From positions 434,001-498,000 of the forward strand of contig JBEWZL010000266.1 of NCBI GenBank assembly GCA_045837725.1: 64,000 nt of DNA, in the 5' to 3' direction. Shown here one piece after another: positions 35,867 through 46,635 of this stretch (its first letter is position 1; every line of letters starts with the position of its first letter). The position numbers and the translations under genes were made by a program. The stretch comes from Vermamoeba vermiformis. Lineage: Eukaryota. The notes under the pieces are model-generated. The model worked only from the letters and a program-made list of their open reading frames with translations. It was not told the origin of the DNA and ran no database searches.

Positions 35867-37446
35867 TTAAAACGGGTTATTCATCTTGTTTAGGCCAATC
35901 AAAGGTTGTCTGGCAATGTCCGCTCGTCGTTTCCGCACAAAGAAAATGACACAGCCCACGAGTACAACACCCAATACGATTCCAACAAAAACGATCAGAA
36001 CAGTGTTTTCTCCGTTCGGTTCGTCTTGTGTCGAGGGCTGTCTCGTCGGTGAATGTTGTTGACACTGTACTGAGTGCTGAGAAGATGATTAGCGCTGTAG
36101 TAATAGTAGCGAGTACTAGAGCCTTACCGTAATGGCGTACATCTCACTCTGCTCCATATTCAAGTAGCTCAACTGTTCCTTAGTGAATGCGTTGAGCTGG
36201 TTGCAATTCAAAAATAATATTTGCAGCGTCGTCATATTGTGGACTTGAGCCTCTGTGATTGCTGGAATAACTGTCGCATTGATGGATGCAAAGGCAATAG
36301 GACTGATCGCTCTGAATGCAAGTGGTGACAGTTCTCGAAGCTGATCGGCACTGATGGCCGACACTGTGTCGTTGGTGAAGTATTGCGTGTGTGATTGGTT
36401 GAATACCTTGAAGTCTGCTGCTGCAATCAAAGGCACGTGATCGACACGGAGTCCTTCGAATGCTGAGTATGGCAAGTATCGAAGGACTTCTGCACTGAAC
36501 ACTGGTCCTTGCACAGCCTGTCCATCACTCTTTTTGAGAAGTGCAATCTTTAGCCACGTCACTGAAGACAAGTCTTGGGAGATCGTTTCCCACTCAGTCA
36601 TGAACGGCAATTGTGAAGGAATGAACGATTTGAACTCTAGGAAATAGAAATACTCGTTTAATATGCGAAGTTATAATTCAAATTTGCGAGATTACCTGCA
36701 GCTGCGTCAAGCGGATACATGAAAGTCTGAGTCACGGTCAATTTGTTCACGAGCTCAAGCTTGTAGTTGTTCACAAAAGTCCTCAGCGTCGAAGCACTAA
36801 TCTCTCCAAATGGTCCCCAGGAAAAGTAACCCAATTGCTGTACAGTAACGCCATTCCAGGCTGAGTTGGATAGTACTCTTGCTTGTTGTTCTCTCAGACC
36901 AACGCATGCATGGGGAGGAATGTGACTCATTTGCGAGCCGCTGATATTTTTGAATACAGAGTTTGAGGCCACAAATATGCACTGTGAAGTAAATCCAGAG
37001 AAGGCTAGTGGATTCATCGAGCCAACAAAGTTGTTCACTAGACCTTGGCACCCGCCGTTGATGTTTGTAGTAAAATTCGAAAGACAATCCGCTTCGAGAC
37101 CAGGCGCAGATCCAACAGCCAGTGCGCTGACTTGATACGATAGAAAACCCTTGCAAGACTGTTGAATGAAGTTTCAGTAAGATATTGTAATTGGGCATCG
37201 CATTGTAAACTATTTTCGACGGATGTAGCAAGTTTGTACCGATCCGAAAATTAAAAATAAATTTGTTTCCTGACTTACCTGTGAAGGAATCGACGATAGT
37301 TCTTGGCTTGTAATTGTCGTGAAATCAATCGCAGGTAAAGCGCTCAATTCAGCGGCGGTGATGTTCGCCCAGTTCACGCATCCGACCATCTGGAGCGTGC
37401 TAAGGCTAAGAACGATTATAACAATTGTGGAGGTATTGCTCTTCAT
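35867..37446 (-). CDS. Type I membrane protein with helical repeats (mesothelin/stereocilin-like character), 4 exons
   Basis: Signal peptide MKSNTSTIVIIVLSL; repeats such as ITSQELSSIPSQSCKGF, ISGSQMSHIPPHACVGL and ISADQLRELSPLAF; TM VLIVFVGIVLGVVLVGCVIFFV; tail RKRRADIARQPLIGLNKMNNPF*. Confidence 0.8.
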
Positions 37447-37700
37447 TGTACGAGTAAATATAAAATGTACAAGGGGAAAATATCCGTCGTCAACGACACA
37501 TTCTGCCTTTTTTCTAAGGCACGTGACCAAATTTGTACCGTTCTAGAAGAAAACCAGTCGTTCCCAATAAATCACGAAAGATTTCGGCAAACAGCGAGCT
37601 GTTTTGCCAATACATTCGCAAACCTTATTATTCATCGCACAAGCTAAAATATTGAGACGGTACCGAAATGAAAATTGAATCCACATCATTAACAGAAATG

Positions 37701-37838
37701 CTATCCTTGCAGTCGACGATCAGGCGAATAATAATTCCGTTCTTTGCTTCTAACTGAGTAGTTATCAATACACAAGTATTGTTATTCTCGACGTAGCGGA
37801 CCTCGTGCCACAATTGTCGGCGTGCCAACGGATCCATG
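37701..37838 (-). pseudogene. Relic of the ABCA gene 3' end with an internal deletion
   Basis: 37756-37838 is near-identical to 47089-47171 ([24 protein letters not shown]). 37701-37757 matches 46589-46643 (ABCA stop and 3' flank). Confidence 0.9.
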
Positions 37839-37848
37839 ATATTTGTTT

Positions 37849-38068
37849 TGACGCGGATAGCAAAGAGTGACGCTTTCTTCGCCTTGGCAATGCGAAGATT
37901 CTTTGCCTCAGCTAAGTCGGATTGATTGAGCCGCGGTCATTTAGAAAGGTTAATACATAACAGATCGCGCACTATTTCCCATTGAGCCCTGCGATGCCAT
38001 CAAACTTTTTGCATGTTTCGGAACTTGGGCACAGAAGCTAAACGTTCCGCTAGACTAGCGGCGCAACA
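37849..38068. repeat. Dispersed non-coding repeat, copy 1 (~220 bp)
   Basis: Shares the blocks tgacgctttcttcgccttggcaa, cgaagattctttgcctc, agatcgcgcactatttcc and tttcggaacttgggc with 44699-44935. Confidence 0.9.
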
Positions 38069-38261
38069 TTATTGCAGTATTAGCGAACTATTGGTGCAAT
38101 TGACGTCAGACAGCAAGTTTTTCGTTTGCTTCGCTGAGCTGGATGAAGGACTAAATTGTTGCTGACGAATTAAATCCAATTAAGACCGAGCGTAATAAAT
38201 GGTAAATAGAGGCACATTAAAAGTACCATCGGGATAAAACTCGATTTTTGATAAAGCTCAA

Positions 38262-41200
38262 TTAATTGTTATTGTTATTTGCAATCAAAGTGCCAAAGCT
38301 GCTACTTCGAACGAGCTTTGAGTGACTTCTGTTCAACATGACTTGACCGTGTTGTTTTGCGCCAGTGTTGCGAACATAGAACTCGTGTTCAATCGTGTTT
38401 TTGATCACAAAGCGCACCACTGTCACTGGCTTAGTTTGACCTTGCCGTTGTGCTCGTCCAATTGCTTGATTCTCATACGCTTGTGCTTCTTCTTTTGTGC
38501 CTGTCATTGGGTCTATCATCATGACATTAGCGGGCTTCAAAATGATCGTCTAATGAAATTTCATACCCATCAAGAGCACGTGACTCGCTTCGATCAAGTT
38601 GGTTCCTGACGCGGCTTTACTCAAGCTCAAAAGAATCACTTGCACGTCTGACTCATCAGCTTTGAACTTCTTGAGTGCTTTGCTCTTCTTGTACACGTTG
38701 CTGAGACATCGAGTTAGTCAGGTGATATCGCGCAAAATTTGGCGATATGTCGGCCTGTTTTGAAGAGTACTTACCCTTCAACCATGCTTGAATTGATGTC
38801 GTTCTCTTCCAGCAATGCTGCGATCATGTCGAGATAGTCGGTGAACTGCGAGAAGATGATCACACGCGTGCCAGGTTCTTTGGCAAACAGCGTCTGAAGG
38901 TACCCGACCAAACTTGCCATTTTGGTACCGTAGTTCTCGATCCAGTAGTCTTTAGTATTCTAAAGACAATAGCATTAGTTTTCGGCGAATTGAATAAAAC
39001 TGATAAAATTTAATCGCTTACATATTCAATCTTTGCCGTGTCTCGTGGTTTCTAGTCGATAATATTAATGTTAGAATTATTTCCTTTTATAGTAATACCA
39101 AGCCACTTACGATATCTTGGAACAATTTCAGAAGTCGTCTGTGCTCTTCCAACATTTTTTCATATGCATTGAGGTTCTTTTTGTAGTCCGCCAAGAAACG
39201 AGTTGCCGTTTGTTTGTACCAGTCATCAACTGTTGTTTTTTTCAATTCGGTCTCGTAACTTTTTTTGGTCTCTTTGTGTCCTTCAATTTGATGGTTTACT
39301 GTGTGAATAGCACTGAGTTTCCTTTTGATCATGAATTCTCTCATCTCGTGCAAAGTGCTGCCCCAGTCATAGTTTAACTTGCAACACAGTTCGCGAACTG
39401 GATCTTTGCGGCCATGAGAATAATATACAACTCGGTTCTTCGCATTGGACACAAGTTCTTCGTAGATTGCTGCTTCAATCGGAGTAAAATCCAATAACAC
39501 AACTTCAGGCTTGGTCGCGACCATTTGATACTCTTCCTTGACACTTTCCTAATTAGGAAAAAAAAATGAAAATTAAACTCTGACGAACAAAAACTCAGTC
39601 GATAAATCTTACTTTGGTATTGCGCCAGACCAAGTTATCCATCAATAACTGATTCAACACGTTCCTATTTAACCAATCAGAGTCAGGAGATTGAAATATA
39701 AAGTCCCGTTCCACGTGGGTTGAAATTTCTTACTCTACGTAAACCTCAGTCAAAGGCCGACAATAATGGTGTCCAACCCAATTGTTGCGAATAAATTGTT
39801 CCTGTTCTGGGGTGTATTCGTCATCGTGAAGAGGAATAGCCCGATTAGTGAACATGTCCAAAAACGTTCTAACTCCTTCAAGTGCTTGACTATAGGCAGA
39901 GCGGAACAATTAATATTGATGTCTGACTAACGATGTTACGTACATTTTAGGAAAAGGAGTGCCACTCATGTACCACGAGAACGTTCGTTGCAAGTAATAA
40001 ATGACATCTACGAACGCCAAGTTAATTTCGATCGAACAATATTACCAAATTAGGAAAGTCCTACCCATCGTGAACTCATCGCCAATGACTTCGTGACCTT
40101 CGTCCATGACAATGCGGTGCCAATGAAAGTGATCGAGAATCACTCCTTTGATCTTCTCAGGCGACTTGTCCTTCAGCTCTTCAAGCATTTTATCGACACG
40201 GTCAATGCGATCGTGCGGTGCTGCTGCGTCCATTTTGATTTGTGAGCCGTGACTCGGGTACGCAAGATAATTTTTGTTTTTGAGCAAGTTGTACGTCACA
40301 ACAACGACATCTAATGCACGGTTAGAAGTTTCTTTTGTTACATTCAATTTTGAGATCTTACCAGCATCGATGATTTGTTGATAACTGATCTTCTTGACTT
40401 GCGCAATTGTTGTCATTTGAATCACGCTCAACTTCGGTTCTGAATGTTTTTCAACTTCTTTCACCCATTGGTCAACGAGATGGTTCGGACATAGTACTTG
40501 AAGTTCAATTAAGTAAGTCTCGTTTTGTCACTTTGCAGCTCTACTACTTACCAAGAGTAGCCTTGGTCGCAAAGTACGGGTCACTCTTCGGCGCTTGTTT
40601 CATCGGGTTTGAAAGCATCAAGCCAAGCATTTCGAGGGTTTTGCCAAGACCCATTTCATCAGCGAGCACTCCGCCTTTCGGTTTGAACGCCAAGTTGTGT
40701 TCACTTACGTTCTCAAACAGCACGAGCTTCTCTTCTTGCATCGTGTACTTCACCAAGATGTTCGGCACTCCTGTGTCAAGCAGCGGAGATACTTCGAACT
40801 CTGTCAAGACACAACAAAGTGTTAGAGAGGGTTATCTTATTATGTTATACTTACTCTCATCAGCCTCTTGTTCGGTCGTGACCATCCAATTGATTGCGTT
40901 GATTTGATAGTTGTGCAATTTGACACCTGTCAACGATTGAGGCTGTTCGGTGATGACTGGAAGAACCTAGAAACGAACATAAATATCTAATGCCTTGTAA
41001 TTGTTTGAATTTTACGTACAGTGGGCAAGTAAGACTCCATAGGCTTGAAGTATTGGTCGATCGGTGTTGGAGCTCGAAATTTCTCCGAAAGTTTTTGCAG
41101 TGCAACCTGTCTGAATGGCATGGCTATCGCAACTCCTTCCCCTGCTCTAATGTTTTGTTCAACCCTTTGCAATTTGGAAAATTAACTCGTCGGCAAGGTG

Positions 41201-41983
41201 ACATTTTAATAAATGAGACGTACTTGCTTAAGTTTGCTTCGAGGGAGATATAATGTCCCCAAGATTCTGGCGAGCCTGGTGAAGTATTGTTCACAACATC
41301 GTACAAATTGAGCCGAAAACATTCAGTGTGGTTTAACGCTTCCATAAGTTTTTCGTTAATTGCACCGGTGAAGTCACGAGCAATTGCAGCGGAATTTCCT
41401 TGCTTGTCAGTGAGCTATTTAATGGTCAATAAAAGTTTTGAAATTAAACGATCTGCGTGACAACGACATACGATTGCGAAAAACGCTCCTTTTCGAAATT
41501 CTATAGATTTGACTTTAACTGGCGGTCCTGCATCGGGATAAAGCTTCTTTCGTTCCGTGTGTGGGGTTCCTACAGCAAACAAAAGTAAAGATCTGAGCTG
41601 ACACATCCAGCTTTGTAGTCCTTACCACACATTGAATAAGCATTAGTGTCTTCCAAAAAGGTAAACATTTTCAGAGGAAACCAAGCCAATGATTCGTCTT
41701 TCGATACAAGCCACCAATGTTGACAAACAGCGCCTGCACGAGAAAGATCTGCGCGTGAAAGTTGACAAAATATTGACACTAAAATTTCTGGTGGAAGTTC
41801 TATTTGCTCTTCAATATTTTCAGCTACATTATCGTTATTTTGCTGATTTTTTGACGATTTTTGGTCGTTGTTGGATGTCAGATCGAGTTTTTGTTTTTTT
41901 GTTTGAGGTTCTGTGGCATCGTCTGAATCGTTTGTTGCTGAAATATCATCAATCTTTCGCTTTAGATCTTTTTTAGAAGCCAT
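38262..41983 (-). CDS. F-box plus SNF2-family (Rad5/Rad16-like) helicase
   Basis: F-box [110 protein letters not shown]. Confidence 0.92.
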
Positions 41984-42122
41984 AACTCGAGCTGTGGTCG
42001 TTTGCTCGGAATAAAAACAAATTCGTAGAAAAAATCATAATGAAAGATTTACACCGTTGACAAGAACGTCGTTTAATGTGACGAGGATACTTGTTTCGCT
42101 GCGTACTAAAGGTCAACTTTAT

Positions 42123-44495
42123 TTAAAAATGCATGAAAATCGCACCACCTAATACAGAAACGCTTAAGGAAAGAACGCTTGTCACACTAGCTACACCGTT
42201 ATTCATCGAGCTTCTTGGACTCGTCAAAGGACTGCTTGGGTCTTGTCCAGCTCCATCGGTGATCGCAGGCACTGCAAGTTGATTTCCGCAATTGCAGGCA
42301 TCACTTGGTCTTGGAACATTAGCACCTGTGTCGACAGGAGTTCCATCGAACTTTGCAATGTAATATCCTCCTCCACCAGTGCCAGCTACGATAATTCCTT
42401 CATTTCCTGGTTTCGCGCGCAATGTGTTAATCGTTTTCATGCCTAATCCGTCGGCGGCGAGCGTCCACGTTGGAGCATCACTTAAGAGATTCTGTGTGGT
42501 CCAAGCACCTGTGGCATCGATCACATCATCAAAAGGGTCTTTGCGAGTACCAATAACTGCTTGATTAGGGTTCGCTGGGTTGATAGCAATGTCGCTGACG
42601 TATTCGATGTTGGGAGATCCGCCCCAGCCAACAACTCTCTTCCACGTCCAAGAAGATGAGGCACTATTGTAAGTAGCTCTCCACACTCCATCTTGTCCTT
42701 GGAAATATCCACGAGCAACGGCATAAAGTCGATCAGGCGTGGTCGGATCCATTTCTAGACGAGTGTCACCGTATTGCCAGTTCTTGGGACTGTTGGTCAT
42801 CAGACTGAAGTCGACGCCATTAGAAGTGTAGTAGATGCCTCTGCGGCCAGATAAGAAGAATTCTGTTGGATTGTTTGACCCACGTGAGACGAACCATAGC
42901 AGGCCAGATCCGGTGTTCGCGTCAACGGTATCGTTCAAGGGAATTCGTTGCCAAGAGCTGCCACCATTACTAGTAGTATATAGTCGTCCACTAGCAGTCA
43001 TCCAGACTTTGTTAGCATCAGTTGGGTGCACTAAAATGCCTTGAGGGTACATCCATGCGTTGTACTTGTCCAGATCCGACGGGTAACCTGCTTCACTCCA
43101 AGTCAATCCACCATCAATAGACTTCGCAACGCTGTTGCCATAAGTCCATCCAGGTTGCCCACGAGTCGCATACGCCGTTGTGCCATCAGTGGTAAATGTC
43201 ATGTCCGTGTACCCGCCAAAAGGAGGTAAACCGCTCTTCGCTGCACTTTTCCAGGTCTGGAAATTATCACTGCTGATCCATAATCCATCGTCCATAGCGA
43301 AAGTGAACGATCGGTCGGTATTCACAGGGTTCCACTTGAAGTTGATAGCGACATAGCCAGAATATCCACGTCCTCGCCAGAAATTTGACGATTGGTTAAA
43401 TGGTCGATAAGAACTGCTATCAATAATGGTTTTGCATCCATCTTCAGAGCGGAATATTGTCACCCATGTAGAGATCAGAACACGACTGTCATTCCTTGGG
43501 TCAATGGTGACTTGTCCTGCTTCAAAAGTGAAGTCGAATGCATTTGCAGGTCGGTAGATTTCGGTCCAATTGCCGCCGTTCACTGAACGGAACAGCCTTT
43601 GTTTGTCTTTGTTCATCGCGTAGACCGTGCTCGGATTGCTAGGTGAAACTGCTACATGACGCCAGTTGCCAGATAAAGGAAGCCCGTTGTTGAATGGAGC
43701 CCAACTGTCTCCGCCATTGCTCGTTTTATAGACCCCAGATCCACCAACGGTGACGTACGCAATGTTCGGATCCGTTGAATGAGCTGCAATGGACTCGATG
43801 AACATTGACGGTAAACCAGTGCTGCTAGACTGCCAAGTCCTACCACCATCTTTTGAACGATAGATGCCCTTGTTCAGCACCGAAGCGAGAATAGTCTGAG
43901 AAGTAGATCCGGCCAAGAATGTTGCCGATGCAATGTTGCCTGTCGCGTTGGCGGGTTGAGCAAGCATTGTCCAATTTGCACCACCATTCAGTGATTCGTA
44001 GACGAGACCTTGGTTGCGCAGAGAACTTTCACTTGATCTTCTGCGAGTCCCAAAGAACGACAAAAGTCGGTTAACATTGGTCGGATCAAACAACACAACC
44101 TGCGTAAACGCAGTGAAAGTGGCAAAATCACCATTAGAAGGCATGCCATTACGCATAGAGATCCAATTCTTGCCACCATCTGTTGAACGATAAGGGCCAT
44201 TACCGGTGCCAACCCATACTGTGTTCGGATCTGTCGGATGCCACGTGAACTCTTCAATCATGTAGTTCTGCAAGCCTATCATATTCTGGTCCCAAGTAGC
44301 ACCTCCGTCTAATGATCTTGCAATCCCGAGAATATCTCCGCCGGCTAAAACAACGTTCGAAGCGTGAGGACTGATGGACGCTGCAGTGACGGCACCACCG
44401 ACTCCTGGTTCATATAAAGGACGCCACTGAAGCTGAGCCACAACGATAGAAGCTTGAAATAGGCAAAGCACGAGAGCTGTCAGCAGTACACGCAT
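42123..44495 (-). CDS. Intronless secreted or anchored BNR/Asp-box beta-propeller protein (GH74 xyloglucanase/sortilin-like), 790 aa
   Basis: Single ORF with a signal peptide, many S.DGG.[TNS]W Asp-boxes, GGDILG near the N-terminus (GH74-like position), AMDD, and a C-terminal hydrophobic tail. Confidence 0.88.
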   Translation of the reverse strand: MRVLLTALVLCLFQASIVVAQLQWRPLYEPGVGGAVTAASISPHASNVVLAGGDILGIARSLDGGATWDQNMIGLQNYMIEEFTWHPTDPNTVWVGTGNGPYRSTDGGKNWISMRNGMPSNGDFATFTAFTQVVLFDPTNVNRLLSFFGTRRRSSESSLRNQGLVYESLNGGANWTMLAQPANATGNIASATFLAGSTSQTILASVLNKGIYRSKDGGRTWQSSSTGLPSMFIESIAAHSTDPNIAYVTVGGSGVYKTSNGGDSWAPFNNGLPLSGNWRHVAVSPSNPSTVYAMNKDKQRLFRSVNGGNWTEIYRPANAFDFTFEAGQVTIDPRNDSRVLISTWVTIFRSEDGCKTIIDSSSYRPFNQSSNFWRGRGYSGYVAINFKWNPVNTDRSFTFAMDDGLWISSDNFQTWKSAAKSGLPPFGGYTDMTFTTDGTTAYATRGQPGWTYGNSVAKSIDGGLTWSEAGYPSDLDKYNAWMYPQGILVHPTDANKVWMTASGRLYTTSNGGSSWQRIPLNDTVDANTGSGLLWFVSRGSNNPTEFFLSGRRGIYYTSNGVDFSLMTNSPKNWQYGDTRLEMDPTTPDRLYAVARGYFQGQDGVWRATYNSASSSWTWKRVVGWGGSPNIEYVSDIAINPANPNQAVIGTRKDPFDDVIDATGAWTTQNLLSDAPTWTLAADGLGMKTINTLRAKPGNEGIIVAGTGGGGYYIAKFDGTPVDTGANVPRPSDACNCGNQLAVPAITDGAGQDPSSPLTSPRSSMNNGVASVTSVLSLSVSVLGGAIFMHF

Positions 44496-44698
44496 TGCGA
44501 ATAGTCTGGTGGAAATTTTTGTTATACTCGGTTAACATTTATAGGGTTATTACCTGCGTCGTGTTCTTGCGATGAAATGTGAATGTAAGATTAATGTTAA
44601 AACAAAAACATCGAAATTAACAAACAAGACACGAATGACAGGGGTTTAGCTTACCGATAAAAATACACAGAAAGGCCAACTATTGAGTGATAATTGCT

Positions 44699-44935
44699 TT
44701 GACGCGCTGATAGCAAAGGATGACGCTTTCTTCGCCTTGGCAAAACGAAGATTCTTTGCCTCTGCAGATCTGTTGGAACTAAGTCAAATTGATTGAGCCC
44801 GGGCATGTAGAAAGGTATAATACTTAAAAGATCGCGCACTATTTCCAATTGAGCGGCTGCGATGCATCCAGCTTTTTGCATATTTCGGAACTTGGGCGCT
44901 GAAGCTAACCGTTCCGCCAGACTAGTGGCGCAACA
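44699..44935. repeat. Dispersed non-coding repeat, copy 2
   Basis: Colinear with 37849-38068, with small indels (extra tgcagatctgttggaa). Confidence 0.9.
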
Positions 44936-45061
44936 AAATCAGTGCTAAATTAATCGTTAGAGGCACTCTATTGGCGCAATTTGATATGGCCGTAATCCGA
45001 GCACGTGCTTCTAAAACTCCTGCCAAATAAATCTGAAATTTCTCGAAAGACCAAATCTTAC

Positions 45062-45181
45062 CAGGGTGACATGATTCGAACGCGCACCACTGGGCATAGA
45101 ATCCACCGCTCTACCGTTGGAGCTACGCCCCCTCACTTGAAAGCGAGCAACCGAGAACAAACGAAGTCGTCAAAAAGAACG
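45062..45181 (-). pseudogene. tRNA-Trp-derived pseudogene plus copied 5' flank; anticodon position reads CTA
   Basis: 45106-45181 is identical over 76 nt to 11402-11477 (tRNA 5' third plus upstream flank). The rest is diverged, with broken anticodon and T stems. Confidence 0.88.
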
Positions 45182-45212
45182 CGAGGAGCAGTAAGTCAGC
45201 TAGGCTGGTTTA

Positions 45213-46478
45213 TTAGTTTACCAAGTGCTCTAGCTCCGCGTTCTCAGACTTCTTTTTGTTGTGATACTTATAAGCAACAACTAACGATACGATTACTAGC
45301 AGGATAATAGCTGAGATGATAATCCATTCCGTTGTGTAGTTACGCGTATTAATTGGTGCTGCAACTGGCTCAGCTGCTGTTGGTGTTTGATACTCCGGAG
45401 TACCTTCAAATTTTGTCAATTTGTGGTCAATTAAAGTGAGTATCAATAACTTACTGTAGGTAATGTTAAGGATGACATCTCGCCACTCATATGGAGTACC
45501 GTATTGAGGAGTAATTTCAAAAAAATAAGTGGTATAACCGCCAGGAACGTCTAAATAATGTTATAACGTGTTGGTTTGTTACGCGGAGTTATTTGATGCT
45601 TACCAATTGAAGTTTTGACTTCCGTAGAGTTGCTTAATTGAACGATTTTGACTTCCGTAGAGTTGGTTAATTGAACGAATTCTGAGTTCTTAACCCCGCT
45701 AATAATAACCATACAATTGAAAGGCTGATAATTGAATTGGAAGAAGAATCTAAAGTCAGTCCCCTGATTGCTGTGTATTGGTGTAGTGTAGGCATATGTT
45801 TTAAAAGGAAGCGCAACTAGTTCAGGAGCACGAAATGGGATCGGATCTCCGCTGCGAAACCCAGACATGCCAACTGGTGACACGCTTTAACCTTGAAATA
45901 AAATAATGAAAAATCCTTACTATAGCCAAGGTAGCCAGTGACTGCTGAATTAGCAGTAGAAGTCGCCAACATTCGAATGTTCAGGATGGAGCCATCGGAG
46001 AAGTCGCGATCAGGTTGATACGGACCTTTAATTAATTAATTAAAATTAATCATTATGCCAAAAATAAAGTCCGATTAATATTATGAATGAGAAGTCGGAA
46101 TTAATTCTTCGTGAAAATTTGTAAATCCACCTACTTGCCGCTATGATTATTCCAGCTCCTCTAGCATACGGGACTTCAACGGGTTGTTGATATTTCTGCA
46201 ATTCCAAGATCGAATCAGCCACAGTTTTGATTTTCATACCAACTTACGCCGTTAACGCTAATGTAAAACTCTGCCTTTTGTATTTGGATGTGCGCAAAGT
46301 CACTTTCAGAGATTTCTACGTAGAAATACGGAATCGATCTTGGAGGTATTGGCAAGCTGAGAAAAGGATCACTGCGGATTGGATTTGCCCAATTGAGTGC
46401 TACTGTCCTATTTACAAAGGCACCAAAAGAAGGTGCAAAAAATAAGGCAACTAGTATTAATGGACAACGAAGAGGCAT
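45213..46478 (-). CDS. Type I membrane protein of unknown function, multi-exon
   Basis: Signal peptide MPLRCPLILVALFFAPSFG; beta-rich ectodomain exons; TM WIIISAIILLVIVSLVVAY; tail KKKSENAELEHLVN*. Confidence 0.75.
45613..45678. repeat. 33-bp tandem duplication in an intron
   Basis: ttttgacttccgtagagttg[c/g]ttaattgaacga occurs twice in tandem. Confidence 0.92.
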
Positions 46479-46635
46479 TGTTCGTGGGCGTGTAAAAACG
46501 GAAGAAATAAGCTTAAACGGGCTTAAATGTTGACACGGGACCAAAATTGAGTCTCGATCTGGGTCCCGTATCAATATTAGCCTAAATACTATCCTTGCTA
46601 GAAGATCAGACGAATAATAATTCCTTTCTTTACTT

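Noticed and set aside
37160-37277. Apparent frameshift in the repeat membrane protein
   Set aside because: It is resolved by a phase-0 intron giving IPSQ|SCKGF, which fits the repeat pattern.
45062-45132. Functional amber suppressor tRNA or stop-codon reassignment
   Set aside because: The anticodon and T stems are broken, and TAG serves as a normal stop in this window (for example ABCA at 46636).
45613-45678. 33-bp direct repeat as a possible CRISPR array
   Set aside because: There are only two adjacent units with no spacer, in a eukaryotic intron, and no cas genes.
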